From: Armatimonadota bacterium
GTDB lineage: Bacteria > Armatimonadota > UBA5829 > DSUL01
Reading direction: 5' to 3'
NCBI GenBank assembly: GCA_039811685.1
Contig: JBDHZC010000005.1
Span: 128,001-192,000, forward strand
Length of the DNA stretch: 64,000 nt
Shown: piece by piece, positions 1 to 10,415 of the stretch
Layout of the letters: every line of letters starts with the position of its first letter
Numbering within the stretch: the stretch's first letter is position 1
The notes under the pieces: model-generated
What the model was told of the DNA's origin: nothing
The model's input: only the letters and a program-made list of their open reading frames with translations
Database searches by the model: none
Made by a program: the position numbers and the translations under genes

Positions 1-71
1 CGCCGTGCAGCCTCTACGTGGGCGGGCCCGATGAAGCCCGTACCGATGATTCCCGCTTTTACCTTGCGCAT

Positions 72-88
72 TGTTCTACTCCCGAACA
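72..88 (+). promoter_or_regulatory. Inverted repeat TGTTC-N7-GAACA (TGT-N11-ACA), candidate enhancer-binding-protein site
   Basis: Perfect 5-bp arms, ending 63 nt upstream of the TGGCAC of a sigma-54 motif. Confidence 0.5.
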
Positions 89-150
89 GATGATGTGGTC
101 GGGAAGAGCTTCTCTACCGGACCTCTGTTGCCCTGCCGAAGCTGACGGCA

Positions 151-167
151 TTGGCACGATAATTGCA
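151..167 (+). promoter_or_regulatory. Sigma-54 (-24/-12) promoter
   Basis: TTGGCACGATAATTGCA matches YTGGCACG-N4-TTGCW exactly; 27 nt upstream of the ATG at 195. Confidence 0.75.
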
Positions 168-194
168 CACGTGGCATGCAACAGGAGTGTGCAG

Positions 195-803
195 ATGAGG
201 TTTTTTTGGGCGTTGGCGCTGTGTGCTGCGGCGATGTGTTCGCAGAGCGCCCGAATAGATGCGGCTGCGATCATTCTGAATTTCGACGACCTGAGCGTTG
301 GAGAGCCCGTGCCTGACGGCTACATGGGAATCACGTTCGATCTCGGGCAGATGGGCTTTGAGGGTCGCACAGGCCGAGCGATAGTGGCGGATGAGTCCAC
401 TGGCGCCAGGCCCGGCACACCGCCAAACTGCATAATCAACGAGTGGGGAGTCAGACAGCTCGACTTCACCGCCTCATCCGGACGGTTCAACTTCTATGGA
501 GCAGTTGTGGCGAGCTATGGCAAAGTAGCCAGCCTGCAGGCGCCAATGATAGGCTTTGTCGGGTTCAGAGACGGCAAAACTGAGTACCTGAGTCCCGGCT
601 TCATCATCACGGACAAGCCCGGAATCGCCAGCGTCAGCTTTTTGGATGTGGATATGGTGGAGATTGTCGCCGCCAATGGAGCCACCGGCGACTGCGGGTG
701 GTACAGTCTGGACCACCTGATGTACGAACCCGTTCCGGAACCCTCGTCTCTGATGGTTCTGGGTGCGCCGCTGATGATCTTGCTTGTGCGCAAGCGAACC
801 TGA
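195..803 (+). CDS. PEP-CTERM sorting domain surface protein
   Basis: AGGAG RBS at 183-187; signal peptide MRFFWALALCAAAM...; C-terminal VPEPSSLMVLGAPLMILLVRKRT; start moved downstream from the ORF start at 18. Confidence 0.85.
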   Translation: MRFFWALALCAAAMCSQSARIDAAAIILNFDDLSVGEPVPDGYMGITFDLGQMGFEGRTGRAIVADESTGARPGTPPNCIINEWGVRQLDFTASSGRFNFYGAVVASYGKVASLQAPMIGFVGFRDGKTEYLSPGFIITDKPGIASVSFLDVDMVEIVAANGATGDCGWYSLDHLMYEPVPEPSSLMVLGAPLMILLVRKRT

Positions 804-835
804 GCCAGGACAGCTCCCAGAGTGACTCCGGAGCG

Positions 836-2020
836 CTAGTGCCGCCGCGTGCGCTGCGACGCCCCTCGATCCTGCGGATAATCTTCGTGGTGTGATGCTT
901 CGCCCTTCAGGTTTGCGAAGATCATCTTGCCTGCCACTGTCTGCCACACACTTGCCACCTGCACATCCACGCGCTCTCCAATGTGGCGGCGCGCGTTCTC
1001 GATGACAACCATTGTGCCGTCATCCAGATACGCCACGCCCTGGTGCGGCTCTTTCCCCTCCCGGATCACCGTGACGCTCATCTCCTCACCGGGCAGTACA
1101 ACAGGCTTCAGAGAGTTGGCCAGCTCGTTTACATTCAGCACTGTCACCCCCTGTAACTCCGCCACCTTGTTCAGGTTGAAGTCATTAGTGATGATAGCCG
1201 CGTCAAGCTGCTGCGCGACAGCCACGAGCTTGGCGTCCACCTGATCGGGCAACGGACTTCCATCGTGGTCGTACGTGCTGACTTTCATCCCCAGCTCCTT
1301 GCGCATCTGGTTGAGGATGTCCAGACCACGCCGCCCACGGGCGCGCTTCAGCGCGTCGCTGGAGTCAGCTATGTGCTGAAGCTCATCCAGCACGAAGCGA
1401 GGAATGAACACGGGGCCTTCGACAAAACCTGTGCGACAGATATCCAGAATTCGCCCGTCAATGATTACATTCGTGTCAACGAGTTTCGGTTGCTGGCGTG
1501 GGATCTCCGGCTCGGGAGCCGCGCTGCCGGGTCCGGCGAAAAAGAACCCGAGCTGCTCTTTGATGCTGGTAGTGGCGGTGATGCTCAGATAACACAGAAT
1601 CAACGCGATGATGATGGCCAGCCATGTAGGAATCCGAAAGCTCACTGTCAGCAACAGTGTGAGCAGAAGCCCGAACACCAGCCCCAGAAACAGCGCCATG
1701 ACCTCGCGCGCGGACATGTGCTGCAAAGCCCGCCGCATCTGCATAATCCAGCGGTACACGGCAGAGCTGACCAGAAACGCTGTGAGCGCGCCAGCCACCA
1801 TAAATCCAATATAGGCAAGGAACTTCGCGGTCTCGGACGGCGCGGAACCGGCCTGAAACGCCTTCAACCAGTCAGGTGGATCGACGAGGATAGAGATGTA
1901 AACCTGCGCGGCAATTGCGCCTGTCACCACTCCGGCGACAAGAAATATAAGCGTCAGGATAGCCCTGAGCGAGCGATTTTCTTCAAACTGCGGCTGTTGA
2001 TGCTTGACCGGAAGCTTCAT
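836..2020 (-). CDS. Membrane PIN/TRAM domain protein (YacL family)
   Basis: N-terminal TM helices, PIN motifs DTNVIIDGRI / RGRRGLDIL / TNDFNLNKVA, TRAM domain GVAYLDDGTMVVIE; start uncertain. Confidence 0.9.
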   Translation of the reverse strand: MKLPVKHQQPQFEENRSLRAILTLIFLVAGVVTGAIAAQVYISILVDPPDWLKAFQAGSAPSETAKFLAYIGFMVAGALTAFLVSSAVYRWIMQMRRALQHMSAREVMALFLGLVFGLLLTLLLTVSFRIPTWLAIIIALILCYLSITATTSIKEQLGFFFAGPGSAAPEPEIPRQQPKLVDTNVIIDGRILDICRTGFVEGPVFIPRFVLDELQHIADSSDALKRARGRRGLDILNQMRKELGMKVSTYDHDGSPLPDQVDAKLVAVAQQLDAAIITNDFNLNKVAELQGVTVLNVNELANSLKPVVLPGEEMSVTVIREGKEPHQGVAYLDDGTMVVIENARRHIGERVDVQVASVWQTVAGKMIFANLKGEASHHEDYPQDRGASQRTRRH

Positions 2021-2251
2021 GTTGCTTGCCTGACTGCCCCTACGACGTATGCCTGGCACGGGAGCGTTGCCTGCTGCGCAGTGCAATCAGGTCTTGCCAA
2101 GACGCGCGAGCAGCCATAGAAATTGTCGGTATTTCCCGACACGATTCACCCCCAAGAAAGCAAAGCCGACCCGTCCGATGTCTCCCGAAGCAACTTACGC
2201 CGCCCACCGTTTCGAAAAAGCGACGCGTCAGCAACGGTAAGAGCCAGTATC

Positions 2252-2280
2252 ACTGTAAAGCCTGCCGCACGCTTTGTCAA
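2252..2280 (-). promoter_or_regulatory. Sigma-70-type promoter upstream of the PIN/TRAM gene
   Basis: TTGACA-N17-TACAGT on the minus strand. Confidence 0.55.
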
Positions 2281-2392
2281 ACATTCAATGCCGGGCGAGA
2301 CGGCACACCAGCCCACACGCGCTCACGCCCTGCACGCACCACTCACAAAACAGGACGCGTCACTCCTGCTCTGTTCGATTCGCCCCGTTCCG

Positions 2393-2860
2393 CTACAAAC
2401 GCCCTTCCTCAGCATCCAGCAACTGGAACCATGTGCGGACATTGTAGCGCTTGGGCGCTATCTCACGGCGCGACTGCTCGAAATAGGCTTTGGCTTCTGC
2501 GCCTTCGGGCTCACGGCCGCGCTGATCGTAGCTCCAGGCCAGGACATCTTCTTCTGAGTTGCGCTTGTCGTGCTCCTTCACCCACTGTCCGATCTCCTCG
2601 TCCGTTGCGCCCGAAGCGATGAACGCCTTTATCTCTTCTGCGTCAATTCCCGTAAACTCAAAGAAACGCTGATCGAGCGGGCAGTTGAACAGGTACTCGC
2701 CGTTTCTACCCGCCAGCGTTGCGCGGCATTTGTCTATCAGTCGCGCCAGCAGCACATACCCAGCAATCTCTTTGTTAGGCGATCGTGGAAACTCTCTGGT
2801 CAGGTCGCGGACTTTCGGAAGATGCGAAACTCCCGGCGCGGGTGTGCTTGTCGTACTCAA
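2393..2860 (-). CDS. DUF5069-like protein
   Basis: PRSP..IAGYVLLARLIDKCRA..GEY.FNCPLD motif; GGAGG RBS before a TTG start. Confidence 0.75.
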   Translation of the reverse strand: MSTTSTPAPGVSHLPKVRDLTREFPRSPNKEIAGYVLLARLIDKCRATLAGRNGEYLFNCPLDQRFFEFTGIDAEEIKAFIASGATDEEIGQWVKEHDKRNSEEDVLAWSYDQRGREPEGAEAKAYFEQSRREIAPKRYNVRTWFQLLDAEEGRL

Positions 2861-2939
2861 TTATCAGACCTCCGTTTGTGCGAAAAGAGCCGCAGCTCCG
2901 TAATAAAGAATACCCGACTCCAGCGGATTCGTCGGCGCT

Positions 2940-4070
2940 TCAGGAAGACGCATGCCCCTGTGGAAGCAGAGCCTGCACCTGAGCGATCTTTTCTACAAGG
3001 CTGGCGTGGTCAGGGGCAAGAACGGTAATGTGACCGATCTTGCGGCCGGGTCTGGGAGCTTTGCCATAGAGATGCACATGAGCGCCCGGGAGCCTCAGCA
3101 ATGCCTCCACATCCGGCAGGTGCCCCACGATGTTTACCATCGCCGAGGACATGTGTGCGTGCGTTGAACCGAGCGCCAGCCCGCATATAGCCCGCACATG
3201 GTTTTCAAACTGACTGCACACCGCGCCTTCAATAGTCCAGTGTCCGGAATTGTGAACGCGCGGCGCCATTTCATTGACCAGAAGCCGGTTGCCCTGCTGA
3301 AACAGCTCGATAGCCAGCACTCCAACATAATCTAGCGCTTCCAGTGTCATCAACGCCAGCTTCTCAGCCTGTCGCTGAAGCGCCTGAGAGATATCCGGAG
3401 CAGGCGCAATGGAAAGCCGCAGAATCCCGGCTCTGTGGTGATTTTCAATCAGTGGATACACAGCAGTCTCGCCAGACCGGCTGCGTACAGCCACCACGGA
3501 GAGCTCACGGTCGAACCTAACGTGCGCCTCAGCGATCATGGGACCTTCCAGCGGACGGGAACAGGCACGCTTTACGTCTTCGCTGGATCGCAGAACGCTC
3601 TGACCTTTGCCGTCGTATCCGAAGCGCCGGGTCTTTAGAACAAAGGGCAGGCCCAGGTCTTTCTCCGCCTCCACCAGTTCCTCAGCAGACGTCACTCCAG
3701 CGAACAGTGGAACATCTGCGCCCAGGCTGCGGAAGAAGGTTTTCTCGCGCAGGCGGTCCTGAGATACACGCAGCGCCTCCGGCGACGGAAAGACAGGCAG
3801 ACGCTCCTGCAGAAACGCCGCCGAGGAATCCGGCACATTCTCGAACTCAAAAGTGGCGACATCCAGTCCCTCAGCAAAGCGCTCCAGGGCGCCTGTGCCG
3901 TCGTAGGCGCCGACAACCAGATTCCCCGTCTGCCCTGCGCCCGCTCCGGCATTTGGGTCCAGGAAGCGGAACTCCATCCCCAGCGGAATGCCACCAAGCG
4001 CCAGCATACGCCCAAGCTGCCCTCCGCCAAGCACACCTACTTTCATCTGTGAGAATTCAGGACCAGACAC
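2940..4070 (-). CDS. purK: N5-carboxyaminoimidazole ribonucleotide synthase
   Basis: GGGQLGRM, EFENVP, GYDGKGQ, NEMAPRVHNSGHWT, RKIGH; adjacent to purE. Confidence 0.96.
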   Translation of the reverse strand: MSGPEFSQMKVGVLGGGQLGRMLALGGIPLGMEFRFLDPNAGAGAGQTGNLVVGAYDGTGALERFAEGLDVATFEFENVPDSSAAFLQERLPVFPSPEALRVSQDRLREKTFFRSLGADVPLFAGVTSAEELVEAEKDLGLPFVLKTRRFGYDGKGQSVLRSSEDVKRACSRPLEGPMIAEAHVRFDRELSVVAVRSRSGETAVYPLIENHHRAGILRLSIAPAPDISQALQRQAEKLALMTLEALDYVGVLAIELFQQGNRLLVNEMAPRVHNSGHWTIEGAVCSQFENHVRAICGLALGSTHAHMSSAMVNIVGHLPDVEALLRLPGAHVHLYGKAPRPGRKIGHITVLAPDHASLVEKIAQVQALLPQGHASS

Positions 4071-4106
4071 AGAAGTTCTCCTACAGTTGAAGTTCGCTGC
4101 CGGAAA

Positions 4107-4607
4107 TCACTGCTTTCGGGGATCGGGGGCGTCCAGCACAGACTGAGTTTGACGAGTTCGAAAGGCTTCGACGGCAGAGCGGATTTCCGGGCGGTCTAAC
4201 CCGACAATAGAGGCGGCCAGAAGCGCCGCGTTGATAGCTCCCGATCGTCCAATCGCCAGTGTGCCCACAGGTACTCCAGCCGGCATCTGCACGATGGAGA
4301 GAAGCGAATCCATGCCGTTCAGCGCTTTGCTCTGTACTGGAACCCCCAGCACTGGCAACACAGTTTTGGAAGCTGTCATACCGGGAAGGTGAGCCGCCCC
4401 TCCCGCGCCGGCGATAATGACGCGAAGCCCGCGTCCCTGTGCGGAGCTGGCGTACTCAAACAGAAGGTCGGGTGTGCGGTGAGCAGAGACCACGCGCACT
4501 TCGTGCGGCACCCCAAGCTCTTCCAAAGTGCGCGCGGCGTGCTCCATCGTCTCCCAGTCAGACTTCGATCCCATAATGATTCCGACAAGCGGCTGATTTT
4601 TGTCCAT
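4107..4607 (-). CDS. purE: N5-CAIR mutase
   Basis: [37 protein letters not shown]. Confidence 0.97.
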   Translation of the reverse strand: MDKNQPLVGIIMGSKSDWETMEHAARTLEELGVPHEVRVVSAHRTPDLLFEYASSAQGRGLRVIIAGAGGAAHLPGMTASKTVLPVLGVPVQSKALNGMDSLLSIVQMPAGVPVGTLAIGRSGAINAALLAASIVGLDRPEIRSAVEAFRTRQTQSVLDAPDPRKQ

Positions 4608-4683
4608 GGCACTCACCAGAGTCAGCATAACTCAAACGCCAGCCGCCACGCCACAGCCGCCTGCCGGAACCCGGATTCAGAGA

Positions 4684-6654
4684 TCAACCCTCTTCTTCGT
4701 AGCGCTCCCGCAGGCTCTGAACCACGCCTGGATCGGCCAGAGTCGTAGTATCTCCGAGAGCCCGGCCTTCGGCGATGTCTCGCAGCAGGCGGCGCATAAT
4801 CTTGCCGGAGCGTGTCTTTGGAAGCTCCGCCGTAAAGATGATGTCGTCCGGGCGGCAGATTGCGCCGATCTTCTTGACCACGTGCTCCTTCAGGTCGTCA
4901 GCCATCTCCGAGTTGCCTGCTCGAGAACCCTTGAGCGTCACAAACGCAGAAATCGCCTGCCCTTTCAAGTCGTGATGCTTGCCGATAACCGCCGCTTCTG
5001 CGACAGCCGGATGATCCACCAGCGCGCTTTCCACTTCCATCGTGCTGATGCGATGTCCAGCCACATTCATGACGTCGTCCACGCGTCCCAGCAGCCAGAA
5101 GTAGCCATCTTCATCACGCTTTGCGCCGTCTCCAGTGAAGTAGATACCGGGGTACTTCGACCAGTAAACGTCTTTGAAGCGCTGCGGGTCGCCGTAGAGC
5201 CCCCGCGTCATACCCGGCCACGGATGAGTCATCACCAGATAGCCTCCACCGCCCAGCGGTACGGAGTTGCCTTTCTCATCCAGTACGTCTACCAGAATTC
5301 CCGGAAGCGGCCGCGTCGCGGACCCGGGCTTAGTGGGAGTGATGCCAGGCAGTGGGCTGATCATAATGTGACCGGTCTCCGTCTGCCACCATGTGTCCAC
5401 CACCGGACATCTGCCCTCGCCGATATACTGCTGGTACCACATCCAGGCTTCAGGGTTAATAGGCTCTCCCACCGAACCCAGCAGGCGCAAAGAGCTGAGA
5501 TCGTGCTTCTGAGCGTACTCCGGCCCCCACTTCATAAACGCGCGGATGGCGGTGGGCGCCGTGTAGAAGATCGTTACACCGTACTTCTCGCAGATACTCC
5601 AGAAGCGGTCTTTGTCTGGAAAGTCAGGCGCGCCCTCGTACATGACGATAGTCGCCCCGTTAGCCAGAGGGCCGTACACGGTGTAGCTGTGTCCGGTCAC
5701 CCATCCGCAGTCCGCAGTGCACCAGTAGACATCGTCGTCCTTGAGGTCAAAGACCCATTTCGTAGTGGCATAGCAGCCTGCCAGATAGCCGCCTGTGGTG
5801 TGCACAATCCCTTTGGGCTTGCCCGTGCTGCCTGAGGTGTAGAGGACATAAAGCATATCCTCAGAGTCCATCTCCTCACACTCGGACTTGCCGGAGACAT
5901 CCTCCGCCACGCGGTGCCACCAGTGGTCGCGCATTTCGTGCATGCGGGTGAAAGTCTCGTCCGTCAGCCCATGCCCCAGACGCCGCACCACGACGACACC
6001 CTCAACGGACGGGCAGTTCACGAGAGCTTCGTCCACATTGCGTTTCAGAGGGATGACCGTTCCGCGGCGGTAGCCGCCGTCAGCCGTAATCACCAGGCGG
6101 CACTCAGAGTCATTGATTCTGTCCTGAAGAGACTCTGCGGAAAAGCCGCCAAACACCACAGAGTGGATGGCGCCAATGCGCGCGCAGGCCAGCATGGCAA
6201 TTGCCAGCTCAGGCACCATGGGCATGTAAATGCAGACGCGATCGCCCTTTTTGATCCCGAAGTGCTCTGTTAGCACGCTGGCGAAACGGCGGACTTCGCG
6301 GTAAAGGTCCCAGTAGGTCAGAGTCCGCGTCTCGCCGTTTTCACCCTCCCAGATGATAGCGGCCTTGTTACGGCGCGGGGTTGAAATATGGCGATCCACG
6401 CAGTTGTAGCAAGCGTTGATCTTGCCACCAGCGAACCATTGGGCGTCCGGCGCCTTCCACTCAAGCGCCTTGTCCCACGGCTTGAACCAGTGCAGCTCGC
6501 GGGCGGCCTCCGCCCAGAAGGCGACAGGATCCTTGGCCGCCACATCGTAGATGGCGGGGTCGTTTAGAATCGCGGTGGAGGCAAACTCCGCCGAGGGTGA
6601 AAAGCTGCGGTTCTCCTGCAGCAGGGCTTCTATTGCCCGGATTTCTACTGCCAC
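4684..6654 (-). CDS. acs: Acetyl-CoA synthetase
   Basis: [41 protein letters not shown]. Confidence 0.96.
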   Translation of the reverse strand: MAVEIRAIEALLQENRSFSPSAEFASTAILNDPAIYDVAAKDPVAFWAEAARELHWFKPWDKALEWKAPDAQWFAGGKINACYNCVDRHISTPRRNKAAIIWEGENGETRTLTYWDLYREVRRFASVLTEHFGIKKGDRVCIYMPMVPELAIAMLACARIGAIHSVVFGGFSAESLQDRINDSECRLVITADGGYRRGTVIPLKRNVDEALVNCPSVEGVVVVRRLGHGLTDETFTRMHEMRDHWWHRVAEDVSGKSECEEMDSEDMLYVLYTSGSTGKPKGIVHTTGGYLAGCYATTKWVFDLKDDDVYWCTADCGWVTGHSYTVYGPLANGATIVMYEGAPDFPDKDRFWSICEKYGVTIFYTAPTAIRAFMKWGPEYAQKHDLSSLRLLGSVGEPINPEAWMWYQQYIGEGRCPVVDTWWQTETGHIMISPLPGITPTKPGSATRPLPGILVDVLDEKGNSVPLGGGGYLVMTHPWPGMTRGLYGDPQRFKDVYWSKYPGIYFTGDGAKRDEDGYFWLLGRVDDVMNVAGHRISTMEVESALVDHPAVAEAAVIGKHHDLKGQAISAFVTLKGSRAGNSEMADDLKEHVVKKIGAICRPDDIIFTAELPKTRSGKIMRRLLRDIAEGRALGDTTTLADPGVVQSLRERYEEEG

Positions 6655-6789
6655 GTTATCCTCCTCTTCGCTGAGAGAACACTCGGTTATCTGTTGTCTG
6701 AAAAGTCTCTCGCGTGCGCTTCTGTATGTTAAAACGAGCCGTCAAGCGCTCACTGCGGCAAAAAGCCCCTCAGCGTCGGTCTCCGGGGC

Positions 6790-7353
6790 TTATTTGATCC
6801 ATTTCGCCACTTCTTTGAACTCTGGAGTTCCGGCCTTACGCAACCACTCGAAGACAATGCTCTCGACCGTAGAAACGGTTGCGCCGACGTTTCTCAAGCG
6901 CTCCAGCCCATACCGATAGTTGAATTCTGAGCGTGAGCTGATAGCATCCGAAGCGAGATGTACAACGTACCCATCATCCAGCAGATCGTGCGCGGTCTGG
7001 TTGATGCAAACATGTGTCTCAAGGCCGGCCAGGATGACCTGGCTGCGACCTCGGAGTCCTTCGAGCGCGGCGCGGAAGTGCGAGTTCCCCATACAGCTAA
7101 AGCACATTTTATCGACAGACGCGATATCTGGCAAAAGCTCGGTGAAGCGCTCATCCAGCGCGCCCAGCTTTTCTGCGTACTGCGTGGTCGCAATGACAGG
7201 GACTCTCAAAATAGCGGCGCAGGCCAGCAGCCTGCGGGCATTGTCAATGATCCGCTCCTTCTCAAACATGACGTTGAGCAGGGCAGGCTGGAGATCAACA
7301 GCGACAACGACGCTGCGTCCCGCCTCCACCAGATGCGCATCCGCTAGTCCCAT
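6790..7353 (-). CDS. Isochorismatase-family hydrolase
   Basis: VDLQ..L, TQY, DKMCFSC, GLETHVCINQT. Confidence 0.85.
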   Translation of the reverse strand: MGLADAHLVEAGRSVVVAVDLQPALLNVMFEKERIIDNARRLLACAAILRVPVIATTQYAEKLGALDERFTELLPDIASVDKMCFSCMGNSHFRAALEGLRGRSQVILAGLETHVCINQTAHDLLDDGYVVHLASDAISSRSEFNYRYGLERLRNVGATVSTVESIVFEWLRKAGTPEFKEVAKWIK

Positions 7354-7423
7354 CCGCTACTGTCCTCCGACTTTCCGTGCTCCCGCTTGCGCAGCACCCG
7401 GCATCTGCAGGTGACGCCGGGCA

Positions 7424-7900
7424 TTAGTCGCCCGGATCGTAGTATCCAGTCTCCTCAATCGCATAGGTCTTGAAGCCCGGCTTGAGAAACAGTTTATTCT
7501 TCCCGGGATACGACACAACGTCCGCTGGCTGATTGTCCGCAATAATATAATACAGCAGATCTTCGTCGCCGGTGTTGGTCATGTTGTGCGCGACGCCAGG
7601 CGGAATGATGAAGCAGTCTCCCGCAGACACTTCGCTGGTCTCCTCACCTTCGCGCACCATCCCACGCCCGGCCAGAATAATGTAAAACTCGTACTGCGCG
7701 GCGTGAGAATGCAGTGGCCAGTTAGTCTTTCCGGGCGCGAGCCGCGAAAGCTCAACGTCAAAGGGGTGGCCACCGCCCCAAGGGCCCACATGGCGCGGAC
7801 AGCCGAGCTCAACAGAGAGCTCTCTGCGTCCCAGTTCGTACGTCCCGTTTGGTGATCTGCGCTGAGTCCACTCTATGTCGTTGTAGTTGACCTTCTTCAT
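7424..7900 (-). CDS. Cupin domain protein
   Basis: Cupin motifs HSH..QYEFYIILAG and GD...PPGVAH. Confidence 0.85.
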   Translation of the reverse strand: MKKVNYNDIEWTQRRSPNGTYELGRRELSVELGCPRHVGPWGGGHPFDVELSRLAPGKTNWPLHSHAAQYEFYIILAGRGMVREGEETSEVSAGDCFIIPPGVAHNMTNTGDEDLLYYIIADNQPADVVSYPGKNKLFLKPGFKTYAIEETGYYDPGD

Positions 7901-7949
7901 AGCGCCCTCAGACAGCACGTCTGCCCCTCAGTCCGCTGACGAAGGGAGA

Positions 7950-9017
7950 TTACAGTCTGGCGATGATGGCGTCTGCCATCTCGGAGGTTCCCACAGCAGA
8001 CGGATCGTCCCGGTTTGGCTTCATGTCGTAAGTGACGCTCTTGCCTTCCGCGATAACGGCAGCCACGGCTTTTTCCAGCTTGTCCGCCGCTGCGCCCTCA
8101 CCGATATGGCGCAGCATAAGCACGCCGGAGAGAATCAGGGCAGTGGGATTGACTTTGTTCTGTCCCTTGTATTTGGGTGCGCTGCCGTGCGTCGGCTCAA
8201 ACACCGCTCCGCCGTCTCCGATGTTTGCGCCCGGAGCCACTCCCAGACCACCTACCAGTCCCGCAGCCAGATCCGAGATGATGTCTCCGTACAGATTCTC
8301 TGTTACAAGGACGTCGTAAAGCTCGGGCTTCTGGACAAGCTGCATACACATATTGTCAATCAGCCGCTCCTCGTACTCAATCTGCCCTTCGTACTCCTTC
8401 GCCGCGTCTCTCGCCGCAGCATAGAACAGACCGTCCGTAAACTTCATGATGTTGGCTTTTGCGACGGCGGTGACTTTCTTGCGCCCGTTGGCCTTCGCAT
8501 ACTCAAAGGCGTGTTTGGCAATCCTGTAAGAACCCTCGTAGCTGATGGGCTTTACGGAAATGGCGGAGTTCGCCCGCACCTTCCCCCGCGCCATGTCGAT
8601 AATGTGGTTGGCCTCATGAGCGCCCCTGTCCCACTCGACCCCCGCGTACAGGTCTTCTGTATTCTCCCGCACAATCACAACGTCAACGTCGTCGTAATGA
8701 GAGCGGATGCCCGGGTAGTACTTGCACGGCCTCACGCACGCATACAGCCCCAACTCGTGGCGCAGCGCAACATTCACGCTGCGGAATCCCGTACCAATCG
8801 GTGTCGTAATGGGGCCTTTCAGCGCAACCTTATTCTTTCGAATGGAGTCCAGGACTTCCTGAGGAAGCGGCGTGCCCTTCTCCTCCATCACGTCCACCCC
8901 GGCGTCCATCACTTCCCACTGAATGGGAACGCCGGTCGCTTCGATAACGCGACGAGCCGCCTCTACAAGCTCTGGACCTGTTCCGTCGCCGCGAATGAGG
9001 GTTACTGTGTGAGCCAA
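7950..9017 (-). CDS. icd: Isocitrate dehydrogenase, probably NADP-dependent
   Basis: TTG start after [44 protein letters not shown] (K-Y pair typical of NADP enzymes); divergent from sucCD. Confidence 0.85.
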   Translation of the reverse strand: MAHTVTLIRGDGTGPELVEAARRVIEATGVPIQWEVMDAGVDVMEEKGTPLPQEVLDSIRKNKVALKGPITTPIGTGFRSVNVALRHELGLYACVRPCKYYPGIRSHYDDVDVVIVRENTEDLYAGVEWDRGAHEANHIIDMARGKVRANSAISVKPISYEGSYRIAKHAFEYAKANGRKKVTAVAKANIMKFTDGLFYAAARDAAKEYEGQIEYEERLIDNMCMQLVQKPELYDVLVTENLYGDIISDLAAGLVGGLGVAPGANIGDGGAVFEPTHGSAPKYKGQNKVNPTALILSGVLMLRHIGEGAAADKLEKAVAAVIAEGKSVTYDMKPNRDDPSAVGTSEMADAIIARL

Positions 9018-9263
9018 ACTGCAAAACCTCCGGGGTGTCAATCGGGTGTCGGCAGAGGAAAAACTCCCCCGCCAGCGCCACATCACAGCGCGCTGCAAAT
9101 GGTAGGGAATATATACCACGCCACCGGCGCGTGCCGCCAGTCTCAGCTCCTCTGGCCTGTGTGCACACAAGGGTCTGGATTGTGTATCATATACGCGGCC
9201 CGGCCATCTCCGGGCCACATTTTTGTCCGGCGGCTGCTTGCTTAGCCCCGGCGCGAGTGAACT

Positions 9264-10394
9264 ATGAAGATACACGAGTACCAGGCGAAGGAAGTTTTCG
9301 GGCGCTTCGGCGTTCCCGTTCCCAAAGGCATGGTGTGCCAGACGCCCGAGAAAGCGCAGAGCTACGCGCGCGATCTGGGCAGAGCTGTGGTTGTGAAAGC
9401 GCAAGTGCACGTTGGCGGACGCGGCAAAGCGGGCGGTGTCAAGGTGGCGCGCACTCCAGAAGAAGCAAACGAGATCGCAAGTGCGATTCTCGGCATGGAC
9501 ATCAAGGGACTGAGTGTGCGCAAGGTCCTGTGCGAACCAGCCATAGACATCCGCGAGGAGTACTATCTGGGGGTGGCACTGGACAGAGACTCTCAGCGAA
9601 ACACAGTCATTGTGAGCGCGGCTGGCGGCGTGGATATAGAGCAGGTAGCGGAAGAGACCCCGGAGAAAATCGCGCGGCTTCCCATTGATCCGCTTCTTGG
9701 ATTTCAGAGCTGGCATGCGCTGGACGTGGCCAAACGCGGCGGACTGCGGTCCGACATCCTGCCCCAGGCGGCGAAAACCCTGCGCGGGCTGGTGGCGGCT
9801 TATCTGGCAAGCGATGCGAATATGGCGGAGATCAATCCGCTGGCGGTCACATCAGACGGCCAGGTCGTGGCGGCGGACGGCAAGATGGTGATTGACGACA
9901 ACGCCCTCTACCGCCAGGAAGCGCTTCAACAGTACTACGAAGAGTCTGAAGAGGACGAGATTGAGGCGGAGGCGCATAGACGCGGGATTCAATATGTGCG
10001 GCTGGACGGGACGGTCGGAGTCATTGGGAATGGCGCGGGCCTGGTAATGACGACGCTGGATGAGGTCAGCCGTGCCGGAGGAAAAGCCGCAAACTTTCTG
10101 GATATTGGCGGAGGCGCAAAGGCGGAGCTTGTCAGAAACTCCCTGGAGATTGTTCTGATGAATCCGCAAGTGAAAAGCGTCTTCTTCAACATTTTTGGCG
10201 GAATCACGCGCGGGGACGAAGTGGCCAGGGGCATTCTGCAGGCTTACGATGAGCTTCAGCTTTCCGTGCCCATTGTCATCCGGCTCTCCGGAACGATGGC
10301 AGAAGAGGGCAGGCGTCTGCTGGAAGGCAGTCCGCTGATTCCGGCCGCGACTATGCAGGAAGCGGCGCAAAAGGCCGTTCGGCTGGCGGCCTGA
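9264..10394 (+). CDS. sucC: Succinyl-CoA synthetase beta subunit
   Basis: [43 protein letters not shown]. Confidence 0.97.
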   Translation: MKIHEYQAKEVFGRFGVPVPKGMVCQTPEKAQSYARDLGRAVVVKAQVHVGGRGKAGGVKVARTPEEANEIASAILGMDIKGLSVRKVLCEPAIDIREEYYLGVALDRDSQRNTVIVSAAGGVDIEQVAEETPEKIARLPIDPLLGFQSWHALDVAKRGGLRSDILPQAAKTLRGLVAAYLASDANMAEINPLAVTSDGQVVAADGKMVIDDNALYRQEALQQYYEESEEDEIEAEAHRRGIQYVRLDGTVGVIGNGAGLVMTTLDEVSRAGGKAANFLDIGGGAKAELVRNSLEIVLMNPQVKSVFFNIFGGITRGDEVARGILQAYDELQLSVPIVIRLSGTMAEEGRRLLEGSPLIPAATMQEAAQKAVRLAA

Positions 10395-10415
10395 GAAGGG
10401 ACGCGGCAGGGAATT

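Noticed and set aside
2054..2071. TGGCAC...TTGC sigma-54-like motif
   Set aside because: Spacing is 2 nt too long and it faces away from the adjacent gene.
4600..5835. Long antisense ORFs (also 7887-9245, 33394-34278, 39031-39942, 45578-46594)
   Set aside because: Mirror frames of well-supported genes in GC-rich DNA, with no recognisable motifs.
9018..9716. N-terminal extension of the 588-aa icd ORF overlapping sucC antisense
   Set aside because: Homology begins at LAHTVTLI with a GGAGG RBS before the TTG at 9017; the extension is a shadow frame.
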